Shown: positions 1-10,148 of the stretch, in pieces
Position numbering within the stretch: the first letter of the stretch is position 1
How the letters are laid out: the number at the start of each line of letters is the position of its first letter
Assembly (NCBI GenBank): GCA_021809435.1
Contig: JAKBAD010000002.1
Span: 260,042 to 324,041, forward strand
DNA: 64,000 nucleotides
Source of the DNA: Pseudomonadota bacterium
Lineage (GTDB): Bacteria; Pseudomonadota; Alphaproteobacteria; Acetobacterales; Acetobacteraceae
Direction of reading: 5' to 3'
The notes under the pieces: generated by a model
Told to the model about the DNA's origin: nothing
The model's input: only the letters and a program-made list of their open reading frames with translations
The model's database searches: none
Program-made: the position numbers and the translations under genes

Positions 1-1
1 G

Positions 2-583
2 CGTGTGGCGGGTTCGCACCTCACCTCCCTGCATTCCATGGATAATTACTATGCCAGCAAGCTGATCCCCCTGATCCGCGAAGCCGGCATCGGCGCCATC
101 GCCAACCCGCTCATCAACATCACCCTCCAGGGCCGCCACGACACCTACCCCAAGCGCCGGGGCATGACGCGGGTAAAAGAGCTGAGCGCCGCCGGCGTCA
201 CCGTCGCCTTCGGGCATGATTGCGTGATGGACCCCTGGTACCCCATGGGCAGCCATGACCTGCTCGAAGTCGCCTCCATGGGGCTGCATGTCGGGCAGAT
301 GACGGGGGTTGAGGAAATCAAGACCTGTTTCCAGGCCGTCACCTCGGCCCCCGCCGCCATATTGGGGCTGGAGGGCTACGGGCTGCATGTCGGCGCCGAG
401 GCCAATCTCGTGCTGCTCCAGGCCGCCGACCCCATCGAGGCCATAAGGCTCCGCGCCGAGCGGCTCTATGTCATCCGCCGGGGCGCCATCATCGCCCAAA
501 CCCCTAAGCGCGAGACCCTGGTAACGCTCGGCGCGGCGCCTAAATTCATCGATTTCACACAGGCAGGATTGAACACCCTATGA
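2..583 (+). CDS. codA: Cytosine deaminase-like amidohydrolase, C-terminal part (5' end outside window)
   Basis: SHLTSLHSMDNYY, NPLINITLQGRHDTYPKRRGMTRVKEL and FGHDCVMDPWY match the CodA C-terminal motifs. Confidence 0.85.
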   Translation, partial: RVAGSHLTSLHSMDNYYASKLIPLIREAGIGAIANPLINITLQGRHDTYPKRRGMTRVKELSAAGVTVAFGHDCVMDPWYPMGSHDLLEVASMGLHVGQMTGVEEIKTCFQAVTSAPAAILGLEGYGLHVGAEANLVLLQAADPIEAIRLRAERLYVIRRGAIIAQTPKRETLVTLGAAPKFIDFTQAGLNTL

Positions 584-1332
584 GCAAGACGATTCTGGTC
601 ACCGGCGCCTCGGCCGGGTTTGGCGCGGCCTTTGCCCGCCGCTTCGTGAAGGATGGCCACCGCGTCATCGCCGCCGCCCGCCGGCTTGACCGGCTGCAGG
701 CCCTGCACGCCGAGCTGGGCGACGCCCTGCTGCCCGTGGCGCTCGACATCACCGACAAATCCGCCGTCGCCGGCTTCGTGGCCAGCCTGCCCGAAGCCTG
801 GCGCCAGATCGATGTGCTGGTGAACAATGCCGGGCTGGCGCTCGGCCTCTCGCCCGCCTGGGACGCCGATCTCGACCAGTGGGATCAGATGATCAACACC
901 AACATCACCGGGCTCGTCCACCTCACCCGGGCAGTGCTGCCGCAAATGGTCGCGCGCGATGACGGCATCATCCTCAACCTCGGCTCGGTGGCCGGCACCT
1001 ACCCCTATCCGGGCGGCCATACTTACGGCGGCACCAAGGCGTTTGTACGCCAATTCTCGCTCAATCTGCGCGCCGATCTGGTGGGCAAAAACATCCGCGT
1101 CACCGATATCGAGCCCGGCATGGTCGGCGGCTCCGAATTCTCGCTGGTGCGCTTTGGCGGCGATGCGGAAAGAGCCAAGGCGGTCTATGCCGGCATCACC
1201 CCCCTCACCCCCGAAGACATCGCCGAAACCGCCTCCTGGATCGTCAATTTGCCCCGGCACATGAACATCAACCGCATCGAGATGATGCCCACCTGCCAGG
1301 CCACCGGTCCGTTTGCCGTGAAGCGCGGCTAG
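580..1332 (+). CDS. ydfG: NADP-dependent 3-hydroxy acid dehydrogenase, SDR family
   Basis: TGASAGFG, NNAG and YGGTK (YxxxK) motifs; C-terminal HMNINRIEMMP typical of YdfG; ATGA overlap with codA. Confidence 0.88.
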   Translation: MSKTILVTGASAGFGAAFARRFVKDGHRVIAAARRLDRLQALHAELGDALLPVALDITDKSAVAGFVASLPEAWRQIDVLVNNAGLALGLSPAWDADLDQWDQMINTNITGLVHLTRAVLPQMVARDDGIILNLGSVAGTYPYPGGHTYGGTKAFVRQFSLNLRADLVGKNIRVTDIEPGMVGGSEFSLVRFGGDAERAKAVYAGITPLTPEDIAETASWIVNLPRHMNINRIEMMPTCQATGPFAVKRG

Positions 1333-1460
1333 CGTCCCGATTCTGAAATCCACAGGATTTCAAAATCATAGTGGACACCAGGAAAATCAATAAGCTAGCG
1401 TGATTCAGCTTCTGAAATTCGCGATATGGAATATCCCGAATTTCAGCCCCATCACACTAG
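1329..1460 (+). repeat. Single copy of the 128-bp CTAG-bounded two-hairpin element
   Basis: About 17 substitutions versus unit 1 of the 61764-62151 array; first CTAG includes the ydfG TAG stop. Confidence 0.93.
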
Positions 1461-1473
1461 ACAAACCCACAAG

Positions 1474-1509
1474 CCTCTCGTTAAGGTTTAAAAACACCTT
1501 AACGAGAGG
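1474..1509 (+). promoter_or_regulatory. Perfect 14-bp inverted repeat containing a CtrA box (TTAA-N7-TTAAC, 1488-1503) and covering the comM RBS
   Basis: CCTCTCGTTAAGGT-TTAAAAAC-ACCTTAACGAGAGG; GAGAGG ends 4 nt before ATG 1514. Confidence 0.65.
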
Positions 1510-1513
1510 TTGC

Positions 1514-3028
1514 ATGTCCATCGCCCGTGCCAACGCCTTCGCCTTCGCCGGCATCGAGGCGCAGCGCGTGGAGGTGCAGGTGCAAATCTCGGCTGGCCTG
1601 CCCAATTTCATCATGGTTGGCCTGCCCGACAAAGCCGTGGGCGAGGCGCGCGAGCGCGTGCGGGCGGCGCTCACCTCCATGGGCCTCTCGCTGCCCCCCA
1701 AACGCGTGCTGGTCAATCTCGCCCCGGCCGACATGCTCAAGGAGGGCAGCCATTTCGACCTGCCCGTGGCGCTCGCCGTGCTGGCGGCCATGGACATCAT
1801 CCCCGCCGAGGAGCTGGCCCAGTTCGCCAGCCTTGGCGAATTATCGCTCGATGGCACGCTCAACAATGTCGCCGGTGTGCTGCCCGCCGCCATTGCCGCC
1901 GGCGCGCGGGGGCTGGGGCTCATCTGCCCGCGCGCCCAAGGGCCCGAGGCCGGTTGGGCAGGCACGGGTACCGTGCTGCCCGCCCCCGATCTTTTAAGCC
2001 TCATCAACCATTTCCGCGGCACCCAGCTCATCGCCCCGCCCGCCCAGGGCGAACTCGGCGCGGGCGCCCCGGCGCTCGACCTCGCCGATGTGCGCGGCAT
2101 GGAGGCCGCCAAGCGCACGCTCGAAGTGGCGGCGGCGGGCGGGCATAACCTGCTCATGATCGGCCCTCCGGGGGGCGGTAAATCCATGCTCGCCGCCCGC
2201 CTGCCAGGTTTGTTGCCAGACCTCACGGCGCGCGAGGCGCTGGAGGTGAGCATGATCCACTCCATCGCCGGGCTGCTCTCCGAGGGCCGCCTGATCACCC
2301 GCCCGCCTTTCCGCGAGCCCCACCACAGCGCCAGCCCCGCCGCCATCGCGGGTGGCGGCGCGCGGGCCAAGCCTGGCGAAATTTCGCTCGCCCATCGCGG
2401 CGTGCTGTTTCTCGATGAAATGCCCGAATTCCCGCGCGCGACCCTGGAGGCGCTTCGCCAGCCTCTGGAAACCGGCCAGACCACGGTGGCGCGCGCCAGC
2501 GCCCACATCACCTACCCGGCGCGGTTTCAGCTGGTGGGCGCCATGAACCCCTGCCGCTGCGGCTACCTCACCGATACCACCCGCGCCTGCGCCCGCGCGC
2601 CCCGCTGCGGCGAGGACTACCAGATGAAACTTTCCGGCCCACTGATCGACCGCATGGATCTGGTGCTCGACATCGTGCCCCTCAGCCCCAAGGAACTGGC
2701 CTGGTCGGCGCCAGGCGAGACCAGCGCCCAGGTGGCCACGCGGGTAGCCACCGCGCGCGCCATGGCCCGCGCGCGTTTTGGCGAAGACGGCCCGGCCAGC
2801 AATGCCGAAGCCCCGGCCGATGCCCTGCCCATCACGCATGAGGCCAAATCCTTCCTCGAAGCCGCCGCCACCCGCCTGCAACTCTCGGCGCGCGGCTTCA
2901 CGCGCACGCTGCGCGTCGGGCGCACCGTGGCCGATCTCGATGCCGAGCCCAGCGTGCAAAAACACCATATCGCCGAGGCGCTGGGCTACCGCCACCGCCA
3001 GCCGCGCGCCCCCGCTATGGCCCGGTGA
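1514..3028 (+). CDS. comM: YifB/ComM Mg-chelatase-like AAA+ ATPase
   Basis: VGLPDKAVGEARERVRAAL, Walker A GPPGGGKS, AHRGVLFLDE, NPCRCG; start moved from track position 1400 to ATG 1514 (RBS GAGAGG). Confidence 0.92.
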   Translation: MSIARANAFAFAGIEAQRVEVQVQISAGLPNFIMVGLPDKAVGEARERVRAALTSMGLSLPPKRVLVNLAPADMLKEGSHFDLPVALAVLAAMDIIPAEELAQFASLGELSLDGTLNNVAGVLPAAIAAGARGLGLICPRAQGPEAGWAGTGTVLPAPDLLSLINHFRGTQLIAPPAQGELGAGAPALDLADVRGMEAAKRTLEVAAAGGHNLLMIGPPGGGKSMLAARLPGLLPDLTAREALEVSMIHSIAGLLSEGRLITRPPFREPHHSASPAAIAGGGARAKPGEISLAHRGVLFLDEMPEFPRATLEALRQPLETGQTTVARASAHITYPARFQLVGAMNPCRCGYLTDTTRACARAPRCGEDYQMKLSGPLIDRMDLVLDIVPLSPKELAWSAPGETSAQVATRVATARAMARARFGEDGPASNAEAPADALPITHEAKSFLEAAATRLQLSARGFTRTLRVGRTVADLDAEPSVQKHHIAEALGYRHRQPRAPAMAR

Positions 3029-5951
3029 GGATTTCGGCCACCCTGGCCGCGAATACCGCCGGGTCATGCTCCGCCACCAGCCGCGCCGCCGCGCGCTCAC
3101 GGCAGGCCACCCAGAGCGCCTCATCGCCATAAAGCCGGGCAATCTGGCGGGCAAAGCCAGCGGCGTCATGCACAGGCGCGCTCAGCAGCTCATCCCCCCA
3201 GCCCAGCTGCCCGGCCAGCAAATCGCTCGCCACCACCGGCACGCCAAAAGCCACCGCCTCGTAAATTTTATAGGGCGTGCCTGCCGCGAAGCGCGTGGGG
3301 GCCACAAACACCCGCGCCCGCGCGTAAAGCGGCGCTAAATCCGCCACCTCGCCATGCGCCACCACAAACGGGCTCGCAATGTCGAGCCCTTGCCCGGCGG
3401 CCACATGCCCGGCCACATGCAGCACCGGCGGCGTGCCCATCAGGGCAGCCAGTTCGGGCAAAATCTCCGCCACATACCAACGCAGGCTATCCAGGTTCGG
3501 GCTGTCCTCCTGGTGCACGGCCCCCACGAACAACAGCCCCTCGCGCGCCCCGAACCCAGTCGCCCCCAGGCATAAGCCCCGCCCCGTACCCAGCACCGAG
3601 ACGCGCTTATGCCCCGTGCCCCGTATCTGCGCCGCCTCGGCCTCGTTCACCGCCAGCACCACAGCCCGCCGTGGCAGCCCGGCGAACTCGGCCTTCACCG
3701 CCACCCCCGCGTCAAACACCTCGCCCCGCAGCGCCGCGCGCGCCGCCGCGCGGTTGGCCGCCACCGCCTCGCTATCCACCACCAACCGCGCCTTCAGCCC
3801 CTTCAGCCACGGCCACAAGCGTCTGAAATTATGCGTGCGCGAGACCCAAACCAGATCATAAATCCCACCCCGTTCGGCAAAAAACGTCTCGGCCTGGGTA
3901 AACTCCCTGTCAGCCAACACCTCCACCCCCTCGGGCAGCGCGCCATACAGGCTCATCACGTCATAGGGCGCGCCGTTCACCGGCAGCACCTGCACCTCCC
4001 ACCCCGCCGCCGCCATGGCCCGCACAATGTCATGGGCGCGCACAAACCCCGACCCCAGCCGCCGCAACGGCACGGTATCTTCGATAAACAGCACCCGCCG
4101 CCGCCCCGAAACCGAACGCGCCCGCAGCGCGCCCGCCGCCGAGGCCTCGGGCAGCCCGGCCAAAATCCCCTCATGCTTGTGCCTGAAAATCCGCCGCGCC
4201 CGGCGCATCAGCGCCATCGAGGCCTCCGCAGTCACGGCGCTGCCAAACTCCATGTGGGTCAGCGTCACCGCCGGGTCATAAACCACCCGCAGCCCGGCGG
4301 CCCGCAGCCGCACGCACAAATCCACATCCTCATAATAAGCCGGGGCGTAATCCTCATCGAATCCGCCCAGCGCCTGCACCGCCCCAGTACGGCAGAGCAA
4401 AAACACCCCCGACCCAAACGCCACATCGCGCACAAAATTGGCCTCGGGCGCCAGCGGCGCGCCATCGCGCAAATAACCGCTCGTCGTGCCGTCGCGCCAA
4501 ATCATCCCGCCCGCCTCCTGCAAGCGGCCATGGGTGCGCACCACCTTGGCGCACACCGCGCCGATATCGGGCGCCGCGCGCAGCCGCGCCAGCGCCGCCG
4601 CCACCGCGCCAAACCCCAGCTCGATATCGTTATTGAGATAAAGCACCGCCGGCGCGCGGGCATGGGCCAGCGCCAGATTGGCGGCCTTCAGAAAACCGAT
4701 ATTCTCACCCAGCCTGAGCAGCGTCAGCCCGGCGCAAAACAGCTCGATCCGGCTTGTATCGTCCGTCGAGCCATTATCGGCCAGCACCACCTGCATCGGG
4801 CCGGCGAAATTCTGCCGCAAGCTCGCCAGCGCCTGCATGGTCAGCTCAAACCGGTTATGCGCGACCATGATGACCGACACCACCGGCGGTGCCTGCTCGC
4901 CAAACTCCAGCCTCTGGCGAGCAAACAGCGCCAGCCCGGCGCGCGCGCGCCGCACAAACGCCTCCCTCGTCGCCGCCTCGTCAATTTGCGGCGCGGCCAA
5001 TGGCGGCGCATAGGCCAGCCCGTCGCGCAGCCCCACCAGCCGCAAATGCGCGAAGGCATCGCGCACCAGCCCGGCGTTAAGGTCGTTGCGCACCCGCTCA
5101 TGCAGGTCGCGGTAATAGCTGAGGTCGATCCCCGCGCTGGGCTGGCGCAGCTCGAAACAGCCATGCTGGACGAACTGCTGATACGCATTGCGATACATCC
5201 CCGCCTCGATGGCGGCGGCAATGTCGGGGTAGCGGCGGCGGTAAAAACGCTCCGAGAATTGCGCCACCGGGTCGAACAGGTCGGGCGTCTTGTTGGTCAG
5301 GTAATGGTGAATGGCGGCGACATATTTGCCGCGCGCGATCTCGCGCTGGGCGCTGGGGTGGTGCGCCACATACCAGGCTGGGTCGAAATAGACCGAAGGC
5401 GCCGCCTCATCCTCGCCGCCGCCCAGCCTGCCGAGAAATGTCTCATAAGGCCCAATCCCATCGGCCAGCGCCATTTCAGCCCGGTAAAACGCCCCATCAA
5501 ACAAAAAATGCCCGATCCGGCGCTCGAACTGCCCCGATTTCAGATAATGGTCATAGCGCCCGAAACAATGATGCAGGTCGAGCACATCGAGCGTCATATC
5601 CTCGTATAAATCCGCATAGAGCGCATCATCGAACAGCCAGTGGGGCGAGAGCCCGCGATGCCCGACCTGGCAAAAATGGTCGAACCCGCTGGCATAGCGC
5701 CCCTCGCGGATCAGCTCGGCCACATCCGGGTTCTGGTCGAGGTAAAACAGCTCATCGAAGAGCGGGCTTGGCGAATGACCCAGCCGCGCCCCGACGCGCA
5801 GATAATAAACCAGCGCCGCGCCCCTGGGCTTGCCCGCGCACACTGCCCGCGCATCGGCGTAATGGTGCAAATACCAGCCCTCATCAAACCGCGCCCAGGC
5901 GGGTTTGATGGCGCAGGCCGGGTGAAGCAACTCAATCGCCGGGCGGGGCAT
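3015..5951 (-). CDS. Multidomain glycosyltransferase: N-terminal FDxxWY/FY repeats, GT2 domain and GT4-like domain
   Basis: GT2 motifs DNGSTDD, LYLNND and YYEDVDL; GT4-like C-terminus FVAPTRFAAGTPYKIYEA; 978 aa. Confidence 0.85.
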   Translation of the reverse strand: MPRPAIELLHPACAIKPAWARFDEGWYLHHYADARAVCAGKPRGAALVYYLRVGARLGHSPSPLFDELFYLDQNPDVAELIREGRYASGFDHFCQVGHRGLSPHWLFDDALYADLYEDMTLDVLDLHHCFGRYDHYLKSGQFERRIGHFLFDGAFYRAEMALADGIGPYETFLGRLGGGEDEAAPSVYFDPAWYVAHHPSAQREIARGKYVAAIHHYLTNKTPDLFDPVAQFSERFYRRRYPDIAAAIEAGMYRNAYQQFVQHGCFELRQPSAGIDLSYYRDLHERVRNDLNAGLVRDAFAHLRLVGLRDGLAYAPPLAAPQIDEAATREAFVRRARAGLALFARQRLEFGEQAPPVVSVIMVAHNRFELTMQALASLRQNFAGPMQVVLADNGSTDDTSRIELFCAGLTLLRLGENIGFLKAANLALAHARAPAVLYLNNDIELGFGAVAAALARLRAAPDIGAVCAKVVRTHGRLQEAGGMIWRDGTTSGYLRDGAPLAPEANFVRDVAFGSGVFLLCRTGAVQALGGFDEDYAPAYYEDVDLCVRLRAAGLRVVYDPAVTLTHMEFGSAVTAEASMALMRRARRIFRHKHEGILAGLPEASAAGALRARSVSGRRRVLFIEDTVPLRRLGSGFVRAHDIVRAMAAAGWEVQVLPVNGAPYDVMSLYGALPEGVEVLADREFTQAETFFAERGGIYDLVWVSRTHNFRRLWPWLKGLKARLVVDSEAVAANRAAARAALRGEVFDAGVAVKAEFAGLPRRAVVLAVNEAEAAQIRGTGHKRVSVLGTGRGLCLGATGFGAREGLLFVGAVHQEDSPNLDSLRWYVAEILPELAALMGTPPVLHVAGHVAAGQGLDIASPFVVAHGEVADLAPLYARARVFVAPTRFAAGTPYKIYEAVAFGVPVVASDLLAGQLGWGDELLSAPVHDAAGFARQIARLYGDEALWVACRERAAARLVAEHDPAVFAARVAEILTGP

Positions 5952-5994
5952 GGCATCTCCTCATCCAGAGGTTGAGCCCATGCCCCGCGCTTGG

Positions 5995-7248
5995 TCAAGC
6001 GGCGGCGAGCACCCGGTAAATCGCGCCCGTGAGCTGGGTGAGTTCCGCCGCCGAAATCGTCAGCGCCGGGGTGAGGTAGAGAATATCCCTGAACGGCCGT
6101 ACCCACACGCCCTGTTCAATCAGCCTCATCCGCAGCGCCGCCGGATTCTCAATCCGCTCCATCTGCACCACGCCAATGGCGCCCAGCACCCGCACATCCT
6201 TCACGCCCGCCAAATCCCGGCAGGGCGCCAGCTCGCGCGCCAGCTGCGCCGAAATGCGCGCGGCCTGCCCCAGCCTGTCCTCGGTCTCGAACAGATCGAG
6301 CGAGGCATTGGCCGCCGCGCAGCCCAGCGGGTTGGCCATGAAGGTTGGCCCGTGCATCAGGGCGGTATCAAAACTGTCCGATAAAAACGCCTCGAACAGC
6401 TCATCGGTGGCAATTGTCACCGCCAGCGGCGAAGTGCCGCCCGTCAGCGCTTTTGAGAGCGTGACGATATCGGGCACCACGCCCGCCTGCTCAAACGCGA
6501 ACATCGTGCCGGTACGCCCAAAGCCGGTGAAAATCTCGTCAAAAATCAGCGTCAACCCGTAATGCGTGGCCGCGCGCCGCAGCCGTTGCAGCACGCCGGG
6601 CTCATGAAACACCATGCCGCCCGCCCCCTGCACCAGCGGCTCGATGATAATCGCCGCCAACTCCCTATGGTGGGCGTCCAGATAATCCTCGAACGCCGCG
6701 ATGCTCGCCTCATCGCGCGGCAGCGCCACCACCGGCTGCTCGGGCAGCAGACCGGTGAACAGGCTGTGCATGCCCTCTTCCGGGTCGCAAATCGCCATGG
6801 TGCCGATGGTGTCGCCATGATACCCGCCGCGGAAGGCCAGCACCTTCACCCGCCCGCGCGCGCCGCGGTTCAGCCGCGACTGCACGGCGATCTTGATCGC
6901 CACCTCCACCGCCACCGAGCCCGAATCGGTGAAAAACACCCGGTTCAGGCTGCCCGGCATCAGCGCGCTCAGCCGCGTGGCCAGCTTGTAAGCCGGCTCA
7001 TGCCCCAGTCCGCCAAACATCACATGGGGCATGCGCTCCAGCTGGGCGCGCACGGCCTCCACAATATGCGGGTGATTATAGCCATGCACCGCCGTCCACC
7101 ACGAGGCGATGCCATCCACCAGCACCCGCCCGTCTTCCAGGTGGATTTCCGAGCCCGCCGTCCGCACCGCCGCCATGGGCAGCGGCGCGGTCTTCATCTG
7201 GGCATAAGGCAGCCACACATGGCGCCAGCCCGTCTCCAGCCAGCTCAT
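5995..7248 (-). CDS. bioA: Adenosylmethionine-8-amino-7-oxononanoate aminotransferase
   Basis: [45 protein letters not shown] and PLP lysine in LSKALTGG. Confidence 0.96.
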   Translation of the reverse strand: MSWLETGWRHVWLPYAQMKTAPLPMAAVRTAGSEIHLEDGRVLVDGIASWWTAVHGYNHPHIVEAVRAQLERMPHVMFGGLGHEPAYKLATRLSALMPGSLNRVFFTDSGSVAVEVAIKIAVQSRLNRGARGRVKVLAFRGGYHGDTIGTMAICDPEEGMHSLFTGLLPEQPVVALPRDEASIAAFEDYLDAHHRELAAIIIEPLVQGAGGMVFHEPGVLQRLRRAATHYGLTLIFDEIFTGFGRTGTMFAFEQAGVVPDIVTLSKALTGGTSPLAVTIATDELFEAFLSDSFDTALMHGPTFMANPLGCAAANASLDLFETEDRLGQAARISAQLARELAPCRDLAGVKDVRVLGAIGVVQMERIENPAALRMRLIEQGVWVRPFRDILYLTPALTISAAELTQLTGAIYRVLAAA

Positions 7249-8204
7249 CCTTCTGGGGTGATCCCCAGCTTGCCGAACAGCGCCTCATCGCGGCTGGTTT
7301 CGCTGTTTGGCGTGGTCAGCAGCTTGTCGCCATAAAAAATCGAGTTCGCCCCGGCCAGAAAGCACAGCGCCTGGGCTTCGTCGGTCATCTGCTCACGCCC
7401 GGCCGAGAGCCGCACATAGGATTTGGGCATGGTAATGCGCGCCGCCGCCACCACCCGCACGAAATCAATCGGGTCGATCCGCTTCTGCTCGGCCAAGGGC
7501 GTACCCTCCACCGCCACCAGCGCGTTGATCGGCACCGATTCGGGCGGCACATCAAGGCTGGCCAGCGTGGCGATCAGCCCGGCACGGTCATCCTCGCCCT
7601 CGCCCATGCCGACAATGCCGCCACAACACACATTAATGCCCGCATCGCGCACATTGGCCAGCGTATCCAGCCGGTCCTGATAGGTACGGGTGGTGATGAT
7701 CTTGCCATAATATTCGGGCGAGGTATCGAGATTGTGGTTGTAATAATCCAACCCCGCCTCGCGCAGCTTCAGGCTCTGCTCCATGGTCAGCATGCCCAGC
7801 GTCACGCAGGTCTCCATGCCCAGGCTCTTCACGCCCTCGATCATGGCGCAGACATTCTCAAGATCGTGGTCCTTGGGGCTGCGCCACGCCGCGCCCATGC
7901 AAAACCGCGCCGCGCCCTTCTCCTTGGCCGCGCGCGCTTCGGCGAGCACCGCCTCCACCGCCATCAGCTTGTTGGCCTTGGTGCCGGTCTCATACTCGGC
8001 TGATTGCGGGCAATAGCCGCAATCCTCCGGGCAGCCGCCGGTTTTAATGGATAGCAGCGTCGAGACCTGCACTTTCGTGGGATCGAAATGCGCCCGATGC
8101 ACGCTCATCGCCCGGAACACCAGCTCCGGAAACGGCAGCGCCAGCAAGGCGGCGACATCGTCACGGCTCCAGCGCGGCGTCGTGCTAATATGACTTTCAG
8201 GCAC
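7245..8204 (-). CDS. bioB: Biotin synthase
   Basis: Radical [33 protein letters not shown]. Confidence 0.97.
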   Translation of the reverse strand: MPESHISTTPRWSRDDVAALLALPFPELVFRAMSVHRAHFDPTKVQVSTLLSIKTGGCPEDCGYCPQSAEYETGTKANKLMAVEAVLAEARAAKEKGAARFCMGAAWRSPKDHDLENVCAMIEGVKSLGMETCVTLGMLTMEQSLKLREAGLDYYNHNLDTSPEYYGKIITTRTYQDRLDTLANVRDAGINVCCGGIVGMGEGEDDRAGLIATLASLDVPPESVPINALVAVEGTPLAEQKRIDPIDFVRVVAAARITMPKSYVRLSAGREQMTDEAQALCFLAGANSIFYGDKLLTTPNSETSRDEALFGKLGITPEG

Positions 8205-8269
8205 TGATTGCTCCTTGGTTGATTGAGATCAAACTAAACCCGTGCTTGAATTGTGAAAAGAGAACCGTC

Positions 8270-8932
8270 ATGGCAAGTTATTTCATCACAGCGACAGGCA
8301 CAGGCGCCGGCAAAACCTACGTTACCGCGGGGTTGATCAAGGCTGGCAGGGAACTCAAAAAGGAAATCGCGGCCATCAAGCCCGTGATGTCGGGTTATGA
8401 CCCGGCCGAGGCCGCCGAGTCGGATGCCGGCATATTGCTCGAGGCCATGGGCCGCCCGGCCACGCCCAACAATGTCGCCACCATCAGCCCATGGCGGTTC
8501 ACCGCCCCCCTCTCACCCGACATGGCAGGCGTGCGTGAAGGCAAGCGCGTCGGGTTCGATGATCTGCTCACCTTCTGCAAGGCGGCGGGCGCGGCGGCGC
8601 GCGGGCCGCTGCTCATCGAAGGGGTGGGCGGCGTCGCCGTGCCCCTCAACGATGACATGCTGGTCGCCGACTGGATCGCGGCGCTCAAAATCCCCGCTTT
8701 GCTGGTGGGCGGCACCTATCTCGGCTCCATCAGCCACACGCTCTCGGCGCTCGGCTTTCTGGTGCAGCAAAACATCAAAATCGCCGGGGTGGTGCTGAGC
8801 GAGAGCCCGGCCTCGCCGGTGCTGCCCGAAGAAACCGCGGCCACGCTGGAGCGCTTCATCACCTGCCCCATCCACATCATCCCACGCGACTTCGACGACG
8901 GCACGTTCCGCAAAATCGCCGCCCGGCTTTAG
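8270..8932 (+). CDS. bioD: Dethiobiotin synthetase
   Basis: TATGTGAGKT P-loop, IKPVMSG, IEGVGG; start refined to ATG 8270. Confidence 0.93.
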   Translation: MASYFITATGTGAGKTYVTAGLIKAGRELKKEIAAIKPVMSGYDPAEAAESDAGILLEAMGRPATPNNVATISPWRFTAPLSPDMAGVREGKRVGFDDLLTFCKAAGAAARGPLLIEGVGGVAVPLNDDMLVADWIAALKIPALLVGGTYLGSISHTLSALGFLVQQNIKIAGVVLSESPASPVLPEETAATLERFITCPIHIIPRDFDDGTFRKIAARL

Positions 8933-9133
8933 AGCCCGATGACATGAGGTGGAATCGCTTGGCGATCCCATCTCACATCTGAATCCGTCTCTATATCAAT
9001 GAATTAGAGTGCGATGGTTTAGCTTTTAGAGCGACATCCAATCAAATGGAATCATTTGATTGGATAAAGTTGCTCGCCCAAACAAAGAGTTAGAGCAGTT
9101 TCCATGAACCTATGTGAATGGAAAATGCTCTAG
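8929..9133. repeat. TAGAGC-bounded three-hairpin intergenic mosaic (CIR/RIME-like)
   Basis: Repeated TAGAG(C)/GCTCTA ends; perfect 13-bp stem ATCCAATCAAATG-GAAT-CATTTGATTGGAT; linkers TATCAATGAAT and AAACAAAGAGT; three GAATC sites. Confidence 0.75.
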
Positions 9134-10041
9134 CGGCCGATTTCGTCCATATCGAACGGCGTGGACTGGTAGATTTCGTTGATCCAGTTGCCGAACAGCA
9201 AATGGCCATGGCCGCGCCAGCAATTTTCGGGCGGCAGGGCGGCATTGTCGTGCGGGTAGTAATTGGCCGGCAGCTTGACCTCCACCCCGGCATTCACATC
9301 GCGCTTATATTCAATATCGAGCGTGTGAGAGTCGTATTCGAGGTGGTTGAAGCAGTGCAGCATGCGGCGCGCCGGATCCTCGATGATGCCGATACCGGTT
9401 TCCGCGCTCGCCGCCAGCACGTTCAGGCTGGCGGGAAGGTCGGTTTGGCGCACTTCGGTCCAGCGTGACACGGGCATGCCGAAATTGTCAGGGAAGCCGC
9501 GCAGCCAGGGGCTGGCGGGCTGGGTGACGCGGTGGGGAATGACCCCGAACGCCTTGGCCGGCAGAATATGCTTCGGCACGCCGTGGAAATGGTTGAGCGC
9601 GGCCTGCGCCGCCCAGCACACCATGAAGCCGCGATGAACGTGGGTTTGGGTCCAGTCGAAGATGCGGCGCAGCTCGTCCCAGTAGGTCACGGCATCGAAG
9701 GGGAGCTTTTCGATGGGCGCGCCGGTGATGATGAAGCCATCGAACCGCTCGTCGCGCACAGCCTCCCACGGGCGGTAGAAGGAGGCCATGTGGTCGGCCT
9801 CGGTGTGGCGCGAGACATGGTTGGTGATGCGCACCAAAGTCAGCTCGACCTGCAGCGGCGTGGCGCCGATGAGGCGGGCGAGCTGGGTTTCGGTGCTGAT
9901 TTTGTCGGGCATGAGGTTGAGCAGCCCGATCCGCAGGGGGCGAATGTCCTGGCGGATGGCGTCGGCCTCGCTCATCACCACCAGCCCCTCGGCCTCGAGG
10001 GTGCGGCGGGCGGGCAAATCGTCAGGTATCTTGATCGGCAT
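9130..10041 (-). CDS. metA: Homoserine O-acyltransferase, MetA family
   Basis: [45 protein letters not shown]. Confidence 0.95.
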   Translation of the reverse strand: MPIKIPDDLPARRTLEAEGLVVMSEADAIRQDIRPLRIGLLNLMPDKISTETQLARLIGATPLQVELTLVRITNHVSRHTEADHMASFYRPWEAVRDERFDGFIITGAPIEKLPFDAVTYWDELRRIFDWTQTHVHRGFMVCWAAQAALNHFHGVPKHILPAKAFGVIPHRVTQPASPWLRGFPDNFGMPVSRWTEVRQTDLPASLNVLAASAETGIGIIEDPARRMLHCFNHLEYDSHTLDIEYKRDVNAGVEVKLPANYYPHDNAALPPENCWRGHGHLLFGNWINEIYQSTPFDMDEIGR

Positions 10042-10148
10042 TGGTTACGGCAATTCCCTGGCTCAAAACAATGTCAATCGCTGAGGAGGCGCCGATGGCT
10101 CATCCGTTTCATTGCCGGTTGGGCCACATCCCCCTTTCTGTTGGGCAA

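Noticed and set aside
1400-1513. N-terminal extension of ComM (MIQLLKFAIWNI...)
   Set aside because: It is a reading frame through the repeat element; homology and the RBS point to ATG 1514
3609-5609. 666-aa ORF antisense to the glycosyltransferase (likewise 20850-22184, 29490-30716, 51376-52848, 55132-56640)
   Set aside because: Shadow ORFs expected in high-GC DNA, with R/P/A-rich low-complexity translations opposite clear genes
8205-8269. BirA or BioR operator between bioB and bioD
   Set aside because: Neither TTGTAAAC-N-GTTTACAA nor a TTATMKATAA-like palindrome is visible
10042-10148. SAM-II (SAM_alpha) or SAH riboswitch directly before the metA start
   Set aside because: No GTGGTGATTTG...GCTAAA-type core on the coding strand; the GAGGAG-like string is on the wrong strand
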